64,000 bases of DNA, from the NCBI GenBank assembly GCA_013115145.1, contig JAAPAO010000064.1, positions 32,346 to 96,345 of the forward strand, written 5' to 3'. Every line of letters starts with the position of its first letter. Position 1 is the first letter of the stretch. Shown here one piece after another: positions 55,597 to 64,000 of this stretch. The notes beneath the pieces were generated by a model, which was not told the origin of the DNA, did no database searches, and saw only the letters and a list, made by a program, of their open reading frames with translations. This DNA is from Perkinsus chesapeaki ATCC PRA-425. Lineage: Eukaryota; Protista; Perkinsozoa. Both the position numbers and the translations under genes were made by a program.

Positions 55597-58533
55597 TTGG
55601 CCTCTTGCGAGCTACAAGGTTACCTCCGAACAGCTTTAATATTGAAAAGTAATTCACATATTCACTTTCCGCGTGTACAGCGTCGCGTCAGGTGCTCCCG
55701 CCAGCAAGATGGCCAACTCTTACTCTCCCTTGTTGCCTGCGGACAAGGCCGGCTCAATGCCAATGACGTTACGGCAAAGCTTATCGCCTCTGTTGATGAC
55801 ACCTCATCCAGCGTGCACAAGGGGAGCAGTTTACTGTCAGCAATACTTGCCAATGCGAGGCTCGAAGTTGGCACTCGTCGTGCTAGTCTCCCAGATTCGA
55901 ATTCTCGCGGTCGCTCCCTTTCGACCAGGAGACCTCGAGCGCGCTCGCGAACTCCATCTAGACGTCCTTCCGTGCCGCCGAGATGTCTTAGCCAACCCCG
56001 CAGAAAGAACAAGGTCTCGGTTCCTAGTGGGAGGAAGACTGTGGATGAGATCAGCAAGCTTATACCTCTGCACCCTTCGAGCTTCCCAGATTCCATTGCA
56101 GAGGAGCTTAAGGCATGGGGAAAGAACTCTATGGCAGACTTGCTCCGCGGCGTTACTACCACAAGTGAAGCGTCTCGTACAGGCGACGGTTACAGTGTGA
56201 GGAGCAGCCGCGCGTCAGAGAGCCTTAGCTTGAACGATGCTCCGAATGACAGCGATAGACTTGTCGGCAGGGCCCGCCGAAGCCACGTTCGAGAGTTAAC
56301 TCCTAAGTTTAGTCCCGGGGGCAGCAGCCAAGTTCCAAGAACTACGGCTCGAGAAGGGCACCGGGATCAGAGAACCTATAAGGAGCGGGGGCGATCTGGG
56401 GGGGTTAACGATCAGCTTCAGCTAGTTGACGATACCTCTATTGAGGAACTTCCTGTATTTCGGGCAACAGTCAGTTCTTGCGATCGAAAGACCAAGACTG
56501 TAGGCCCGGAGGCCACAGAGAGGGACTTTCTTGATGAGATTCAAGACGAGCTTCTGGTTCTCCGTACGAGCCTTCACCCTTCTCAGCCACCTCAGGAAAC
56601 CCGAACGTCGACGGAATCTTCCATTGTAGAACCACGCCCATACGCACGTTACAGTGCCTCGAGCCCGGCCTGCATTGAGGTCAACCTCGTTGACAAGCAC
56701 GTCCCGGCCAAACCGAGTGGAAGCCAAGCCTTCCACGACTCCAATACGCTCAGGCGACGTTCTTACGGTGAAGTTAGGAAAGAAGCTGCACGGGCAAACC
56801 GAAATGCGCCAACGGCTACGTCTCCTGTGTTTGAGCCGGAGTGGTTGACCAAGCTTGCTTTGCCTGATGATAAACATGTATTAGAGCCTCAAGAGGATAT
56901 CAGTGCTCCTACGGACTACCTCGGCCAATCCGATCCTTCTAATGATAGCTCCCGTCATTCAGAACCCGCCGAGAAGTCTGCGTATCAAAGCGGTACCAGT
57001 TCTGGAAGCTCCACTGTTTCCGTGTCGGCAAACACTGAGATCTCTAGTGGCGCCTCGAGGCCCAGCGAGCTGTCGCGCAGGACGTCTTCAACATCAGTGG
57101 TGAGTGCAGCACGAAAGTCGCAGATCATCGACATGGTTCTCAAGGGCTTACCGAGAAGCCAACAAACCATTGTCGCTGGTTCGGATGTTCGACGTGCGAT
57201 TGACCGTGGGCCGCTGCGCGAATTCGATGCGAAGCCTAAACTTTCGACGACCAGCGGAGTCGACCGAACGCACTTGCAGGAAGTGGCTGCCATTGACCTA
57301 CATTTGAACCACCCTGCGTCCCGTAAACAAATAAGCAGCACTTCGAGCTCTGACAGCAGAGTATCCCCTGACGGGAGCAGCTCGGTGTATCCTGGTGAAG
57401 ATGCTGAGTCGATGCCGCCAAGCCGGCCTCCTGGTTTCTCATCTGAGCTTAGGCGCGTGAACATCTCGGGAACCGGGCATACTCCATCCTCGGTGCCCTC
57501 ACACGACGCGAAGTCGGTCGACTCTCCTGTCGCTAATGTTCACAGTATGCCGGTGGCCGTGCCTACTGGTAAGTCACTATATTGTGGGATTTTGGATGGA
57601 CCGATACCTTCTCAACCGGCTGCAGTGGAACAGGCCACCGGATGCCAGGCAATGAAGCCTTCTGGTGGATCCCTGTCCGGATATCGTACATCGGAAGGAG
57701 AACAGCAGCCGTTGAGTTCCGAGTATAGCTGGGAGAAAGAGCTGTCCCCGGCGCCGCTACCATTACATGGCATGACTGAGCCGTCTCGGCCCGAATTACC
57801 CCCTCCTTCGCCTCCCTCTGCTCTTACGGGAAGCTATGCCAGAGGTTCTCCTCGGGTTGGTACTGCAACCTGTGAAAGGCGTACATCTGATCTCCCATCA
57901 ACTGCGTTCTCAGCTCCTGTCATCAAAAGTGATAGCGAGCTACCGGTCTTCCGTGATCCATCATGGCTGATGAGTCCACGAGGTAGTACGATTAACATCG
58001 CGGGCCAGGCTGCTACCTCTGTGGATGATCAAGGAGATGGTGCAGATTCGTGGGCAGTTGGAGCAATAGACCCCTACAGTCTCCGTGACGGTTCCAAAGC
58101 ATGGCAGTGTGTAGTCAGGTCCCTTCGTCGGGGAATTCCTGACACCGTAGCTCAAGTCGGTCTTGGCATCGGTCTCTGTTCCGATCCAATCGGCGTACTT
58201 GATTGTAATCTGGTGACGGATCTGCCGTCGGCGGTCGTTCTCGGCTATGACTGTAGCGCTGTCTTTGCGAACGATGACTGGTGTGACGTGACGCAAGGGA
58301 TTAGCGAACACTGGGCGTGCAACCTTCGAGTCGGTGACGTCTTATCCCTAGTGCTCACTAGAGAAGCTCTTCACGTTCTGGTGAATTGGCAAAATGTCCA
58401 GTCTCAAGCAATAGGTTCTAGCGGCCTCACCGATCCTCACCTTGTGATCGATCTAGTAGGGACCGTAGACAGCGTAAGCCTCCATGGCCACTACCAAATT
58501 GATCTTTCGGCCCACCGACTCGTGCATCATTGA
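55597..58533 (+). CDS. Large S/R/P-rich disordered protein with C-terminal neuralized (NHR)-like beta domain; start uncertain
   Basis: 978-codon ORF; LRVGDVLSLVLTREALHVLVN...PHLVIDLVGTVDSVSL is an NHR C-terminal signature. Confidence 0.7.
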   Translation: MASCELQGYLRTALILKSNSHIHFPRVQRRVRCSRQQDGQLLLSLVACGQGRLNANDVTAKLIASVDDTSSSVHKGSSLLSAILANARLEVGTRRASLPDSNSRGRSLSTRRPRARSRTPSRRPSVPPRCLSQPRRKNKVSVPSGRKTVDEISKLIPLHPSSFPDSIAEELKAWGKNSMADLLRGVTTTSEASRTGDGYSVRSSRASESLSLNDAPNDSDRLVGRARRSHVRELTPKFSPGGSSQVPRTTAREGHRDQRTYKERGRSGGVNDQLQLVDDTSIEELPVFRATVSSCDRKTKTVGPEATERDFLDEIQDELLVLRTSLHPSQPPQETRTSTESSIVEPRPYARYSASSPACIEVNLVDKHVPAKPSGSQAFHDSNTLRRRSYGEVRKEAARANRNAPTATSPVFEPEWLTKLALPDDKHVLEPQEDISAPTDYLGQSDPSNDSSRHSEPAEKSAYQSGTSSGSSTVSVSANTEISSGASRPSELSRRTSSTSVVSAARKSQIIDMVLKGLPRSQQTIVAGSDVRRAIDRGPLREFDAKPKLSTTSGVDRTHLQEVAAIDLHLNHPASRKQISSTSSSDSRVSPDGSSSVYPGEDAESMPPSRPPGFSSELRRVNISGTGHTPSSVPSHDAKSVDSPVANVHSMPVAVPTGKSLYCGILDGPIPSQPAAVEQATGCQAMKPSGGSLSGYRTSEGEQQPLSSEYSWEKELSPAPLPLHGMTEPSRPELPPPSPPSALTGSYARGSPRVGTATCERRTSDLPSTAFSAPVIKSDSELPVFRDPSWLMSPRGSTINIAGQAATSVDDQGDGADSWAVGAIDPYSLRDGSKAWQCVVRSLRRGIPDTVAQVGLGIGLCSDPIGVLDCNLVTDLPSAVVLGYDCSAVFANDDWCDVTQGISEHWACNLRVGDVLSLVLTREALHVLVNWQNVQSQAIGSSGLTDPHLVIDLVGTVDSVSLHGHYQIDLSAHRLVHH

Positions 58534-58671
58534 TCGCTACTCAAGTGAATCATTATCATGTCTAATGGCGTTACCTTATTCACTCATATTCGCTTGTGTT
58601 TGAGTCGTCATTATGGGGTTCATCTCCTTCTCGTATTCACTTCAACAGTAGGTTTCTTTCTGCGCTTTCCA

Positions 58672-59934
58672 ATGACCACCAACGCTCGTACACTCATTGC
58701 TCAAGGATGGGGACCCGAGGTCCCGGTGAGCTACACAAAGAAGGATGTCATCCTGTACGCCCTAGGAGTCGGGGCATCAGAGCTTAAATATGTATACGAA
58801 CACAATGACGAGTTCTCTCCGCTGCCCTCTATGCCCTTCGGTACACATGGACCGCTATGGCTATGACTCACTATATTCCGTCTTCAGCTCTATCTTTCAA
58901 GGGCGCTGAATCGGCCGATATACTTCCCTTCCCTCCGCCCCATTTCAGTTCTTCGAGTGGCGGCATCCCTCCTAAAGGTAGAGCATGATGACACGAATCT
59001 CGACCATGCGACACCGTAGGTCCTGTTCTCGATGGTGAGAGATCCTTGACTCTTCTCAAGCCGCTACCAACTTCAGCTCAAAACTGGGCGATGAAAAGCA
59101 GAATCACTGCAGTATCGCAAAAGCGCTCAGGAGTGTGTGCTGTGGACATGCTTGTACCCAGCATTTGGTTGCTCAGGTGGTTGTGGAATCGGAGACGATC
59201 ATAAGCGATAAAACCTCTGGAGAGGAGTACATGGCTACTGCACTTTATTTGTAGTAGTTTTCCCCGTAGATACGTCAGGCTGGGCAACTCGATTTTCTAC
59301 GTTGGTGTCAAAGGTTTCGAATCCGCAGGCGAGCCTTCTGGACAAACAGTTGTCCTACCACAGAGCTCCGCAGATCGTGAAGCTTCAGAAATTATAAGTA
59401 TACTCTGGCGTGGCCTGGCCGACGTATACTTGAACGTCTTTAGCACTCGAAAGAGTCCAAACATATCGCCTCAGTGGAGATTACAACCCTCTACATGTTG
59501 ACGACGATGTTGCCAAGGTTCGTTGCTGCGTTCTATTTCGCTATTGATGGCTTTCCAGGCATTCGGTTTTCCGTGCGCAATAGTGCATGGCTTATGCACT
59601 CTTGGACACTCTGTCAGACACGTCATCGATCAGTTTGCTGAGGGAGATGCTTCCAGGGTCAAAGGTGCATAATGCTTCTTGTGTGGTGCATTATCCAAGA
59701 CCATTCAGGAATTCGTTGCCGGTTCTCCAAACCTGTTCTTATGGGCGAAAAGATTACCACAAAGATGTGGCGTGCTGATGCTAACAAGATCGTCTTCAAA
59801 ACATGCAAACATGTGGTACGGCTGAACGTTTGTCATCAGGACTGGCAATCTCGTTTTATCAGAGCGGGAAGGAGATTACCTGCCTTGATGGCGGGGTTAT
59901 CGAACTATTCACCAAGGAGCAGTCGAAAATGTGA
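58672..59934 (+). CDS. ECH2: Peroxisomal enoyl-CoA hydratase 2 (MaoC/hotdog fold), stand-alone
   Basis: YTKKDVILYALGVG, WRLSGDYNPLHVD (hydratase-2 motif), IVHGLCTLG; ends ...EQSKM* (PTS1). Confidence 0.9.
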
Positions 59935-60289
59935 TTTTGACCCACACAGTTTTGGTTTCATTTTACACTTTGTTTATTGTGTGTATTGTTATTACAACTG
60001 GGACACAATCCCGAGTCAGTGATATGCTAGTCGCGGAGTTACACAATACATGAGCAGATCCGATATATAATAATAAGCGATAGTAAAAACCAGCGCGGTG
60101 TTGAAGTTACAACTGCATCTCTTATCCCAGTTATCGTCCGATTAGGCCTCCGTGGTGTCGTCAGTAACCCACTTGGCGACCGCTTTACCAATGGCTTCTA
60201 CGACATACCTGGGATAAACGCTCGGTATGAATTAAGACTCTATATAATAAACCAATGTAAATCATACATGTATAAATGTGACAATGAAG

Positions 60290-63078
60290 TTATCAAAGGC
60301 ATGACTCGTTCTAGAAAACCAGAGTTCGTATGGAATATAGTATATTCAATATACCCGTGAATATGTCGACCAACGATCATTACGAGAAGCCAAATCTTCG
60401 GCACTTACGGAATTGGTCTTCTGCACCAAGCGCAGTGTGCTTCATCCTTCACCTGACGAATGTGATTGAAGCGCACTTTCCCCAATCGTACCCTTAAAAC
60501 GTCAAGGCTGGCTCGTCGTTTAGTGATGGAAGTTGGGTACCAGGGATCAGTATCGCCATTAATAGATAATATGTTTGTGGCCCCATGCAAGTTGCCACCG
60601 ACATATTCTTGTGTCCTCTCGAGGGATTCTAGTATCTTAGGATTACGAAAGCCAATTACTAGCTAACCAGGCACAGATGGAGCACTACGTCATCTCTAGA
60701 CAGGCCGAAGCCTTCCTTGCAAACCATCAGCCAGAAATCTATCCCGGTTCCTCGTGTATAAAAAGGACATGAGCCTGGCTTGCACTCTGTTAGAAGCCCG
60801 CGAGAGTAGCACACGAAGAATTGATCGAGTCTTAGCTTCCATGAGCTATTTGCATCCCTTAGGCTAAGAACACAGCATATCACAATTCAAACCGAGCCCA
60901 GTGGCGTACACCTTCATTAACAAGTCTATACTTCCTTCTCGGCAAAATCCAGGTTTTATAGGGACGTTAGTATTGTGAATATCCGCCAGCTTATCAAGGA
61001 CGGATTCGCTGAAGCGAGAATAGTTAACCACCGAAAGGGATTTCTCTCACCTCCCCTTCGCGAGTCGTTGGCAAATCCTCTTGATGTTGCAATAATCTTT
61101 CGTGCACGTGGGATCATTATATAGAAGAAAAAATCCAAAAAGGTTCCCACCAAATGTGCTGAGGAAATGATCCTTTCAGAAAACAGGAAGTCGAAATCCT
61201 CATTCCTTACGCATACAGCTGATTCGTTACGTTATCAAAAGTTCCAGGACAGAACCTAAATTTATTTTCGGTCTCTTGGCGGCCTTGAGGTGTGGCCATC
61301 ATCTTCTGGAAATCCGCATGGGCTTTTGTAACCTGCGGTTAACTACAATGAACTGTTTAGCTAATCTCCCGACTAACCGCAGCCAAACACTGTGGACTGC
61401 CTCCGAGAGATGGCCTGGACAAGTCTCGGGCTTCGACAAGGGTGTACCTTAAAAGAGATAGCGCTCAAGTTCGCTCATGAGCTCGGAAACTCCATACTAT
61501 TTGCATGTTAGGCAGTACAATGTGTGTGTGACTTTATAGTCTAACGCCAGAAATGGCTTAGACATTGTATGTCCAACTGCCGGAAGAGTTTGATACCTAT
61601 ACTGTTTTGTCACTGTATAGTTCACTCAGAAGAGTGTAACTGGTGTTAAGAGATCCTACTCCTAGCAGAATTCACTTACGCAACCGAAGGCCTGTGTACA
61701 ACTACCAGAACACAACGGCTCGCAAGGTCTGGCCCCACAAGTTTCATCTCGAGGGCTCGAAGTATTCAGTCTCGTCACGCGATCACATCCAGGTGGGCTG
61801 CCCAAAATGAGCTCAGTAAGACTATTTGACGCCCTTATCCTGTAATAGTTGGCAGTATAATAGTTGATGGTAAGATTATCCGACTACGTGTTAAACGATT
61901 CTCACCGAAGCGGTTACAAAGTGTGCATACCAACAACGTGCCGTTGCCGGAAACCATCCCGCAACCTCACATATCATCTATCAGTTTGACATTTGTTGGA
62001 GCTGAAGATACGACGGCTCCGATGAAGACGTCGGAATGTTTCTCTCGTGCCGTACCCGCGATGATCTGAAATGATTGAGCCATATACCACCGTCTTTAAA
62101 CACTTATACCCCAGCAGTGCTGCATCCAAAGACAACTATCTTAATATTTGGGAACTTTTCTTGTAACTGGCGTCCAAGGTATGCGATATCTTCGACTCTC
62201 TGCCAAGGCGTATACAGCCTTCCCAACTTTTCCGAAGAGAGTTCGTCCGTCGGAAAGCTTGATCCTCTAAATCTACACCGCAGACTTTTCGACATTCACT
62301 TGAGCCTCGTATGTGCACCTTTCTTCCACTAACAATACAAGAGCCTTAGCGTCCTTTGCCGCGCCCCATATATCATGTGCATATTCCGGGTCCATTGCAG
62401 TGATGCTCACAAATGCTATCTGAAAGAGGAACGACAACTAAAGTCTTAATCTCTAGGTATGAGATTATTTAGGTCTGAGCCTACAGGTCTCTTCGAGTCG
62501 AAAAATTGGTCTGATGACAGATAACGCTGCATAAAAACACCGGCCTCTTTACCTGAAGAGACCTCATCAAGTTAAGCGAAAGCTACCGTTACGCTCAGAC
62601 GATATATGAACCCACAACCTTGTCGTGATCTACTGTGCTACCAAAGATAAGTCGGTAATGTTAATGGAAATGCAATGAGCCGTAAACAAACAATAGTACC
62701 CAAAACACCAGGGAAAACTTATTGGCGGTCTCGTAGAGAACCAACAAACACGCCTTACCCTCGGAATGATCGACAATTTGCTCCAACAGAGACAGTTTCC
62801 AGTCTTTCAGTGATGATGCATGCCTGACACACCAGTAGATGTTGGCTGCTTCCGGTAAGAAGTAATGATGCCCAGGATGATGTTGGAGTCACCTTTCCAT
62901 AGGCAGCGCAGTATGCTGGGACTCGGTAAGGCGCGATATAATAAGAAGCAGGTGGGCTGAAAAGACCGACGGAAACTACTCGACTCGACAAGGTGAACTC
63001 ACGAATAGATACGTGGGCTCTCGTAAGACGCACCATCAGTAATATTGAAAGGAGAAAGCTGAACTTCAAGAATGACAC
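60290..63078 (-). CDS. Serine carboxypeptidase family S28 (prolylcarboxypeptidase-like), intron-rich; ends approximate
   Basis: Signal peptide at ~63078, VFMQRY, ALVLLVEER|FRGSSFP, EDIAYL...IVVFGCSTAG (nucleophile Ser), NILSINGDTDPW (Asp) and EAHC (His). Confidence 0.75.
60333..60354. mobile_element. Putative excision footprint, W=gaatatac (exact), in an S28 intron
   Basis: gaatata|gtatattc|aatatac. Confidence 0.75.
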
Positions 63079-63458
63079 AGTAGATGTCTATGCGTGCAAC
63101 TCGATATTATTATGGTTGAGACATCCACACTGCGTGCAAGCCGTATCGCAATTTTTAGAAGATCTGCCTAAGTGAACGAACCGTGTAAACACTCAACTAA
63201 CTTCTCCATTTATTCCATCCTTTCACTTTTTACCATGATCTTCACAGTAGGGTGTCAAATAGTGGAGCCAATCTGAGAAGGAGCCTGTTATTCATTGTGC
63301 GCCGCCCGCTCCATTGTACATTTGCGAGTGTAAGCTGAGTAAGACTCCTCGCTTGCAACTACTCATAGGTCGAGGTATGTCGGCAATCCTTCGCCCTGAT
63401 TTGCTTACTTAGTAGGTTACGCTGTGTAACTCCGCTTCTGTTAGTATGGAAGGCCCGT

Positions 63459-63480
63459 GTGGAGGACCTCCACTGGAGGT
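63459..63480. mobile_element. Putative excision footprint, W=gtggaggt (exact)
   Basis: gtggagg|acctccac|tggaggt. Confidence 0.75.
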
Positions 63481-64000
63481 GCACGTATGGCGCACAGTTG
63501 GCGCCGCCCAAGTAAGCTCAATCTCTCCTCGTAGGCCCAAATCTAGTATAATCTTGCTACACTATTGCTTGACCCCACCACTGGTTCAGTCTCGGAGGTT
63601 ATTGTTATGATCATTGCATGATGGATCATACCTTCGCTATAGTCCCTTAAGGACAGTTCCTTTATATTGATTCATCCGCTGCCAGTGACCTCACCAATGA
63701 TTATTGTGCTATAACACTTGTACACGTATTATGCGTTGATTACGTCTTGCTAGTCATGTCGTGTTAACTGATTTAACTCAACTTTACACTGGGCATTCAC
63801 AACCGAAACGATACATATCATAGTTGAAAGGGCACATGCTCACAGTGTTTGTATCGGGGGAATAAACCTGAACATACAAATCATGATAAGCGGATTGAGC
63901 TTGCGAATGTAGCGGCTGTGAAATCTCCAGAGATTAAGGGAGTACCGCACGCACACCCCAAATAATTTCAGACACAATGCACGAAACAAAGATATTGGAT

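Noticed and set aside
60899-60910. CAGTGGCGTAC, and TAGGGTGTCAA at ~63248, resembling hAT termini
   Set aside because: No matching inverted end or 8-bp TSD found in the window; the first lies within the S28 gene.
21119-63657. 15-bp match gtcccttaaggacag at ~21119 and ~63643
   Set aside because: Within chance expectation for this window size; flanks unrelated.

Overview
Gene-dense eukaryotic genomic DNA with many short GT-AG introns and one N gap (38041-38136). The gene content (NPHP4, expanded pepsin-like and S28 peptidase families, small intronless secreted-protein paralogs) suggests a flagellated alveolate such as Perkinsus; this is inference. Core genes: Arp3-like actin, XAP5/FAM50, RRP1/Nop52, a KH protein, a PARP with a tRNA-Lys(CTT) inside an intron, SRBD1/Tex, NPHP4, a neuralized-domain protein, peroxisomal hydratase 2 and an S28 peptidase. 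An accessory island at about 28.5-40.4 kb holds three paralogs of a small secreted protein, a segmental duplication, a TA-flanked Tc1/mariner-like MITE and gene relics. The main discovery is a rule-like 22-nt motif: an 8-mer W rewritten as W1-7 + revcomp(W) + W2-8, which is a 14-nt insertion. I found 13 exact and 9 one-mismatch copies by eye. Paralogs preserve the unmodified 8-mer at two sites, one copy frameshifts a gene, and some copies are nested. The geometry matches hairpin-mediated hAT-transposon excision followed by annealing through the target-site duplication. Also notable is a secreted pepsin-fold protein with both catalytic Asp replaced by Arg. Exon boundaries and family calls are by eye, without database searches.
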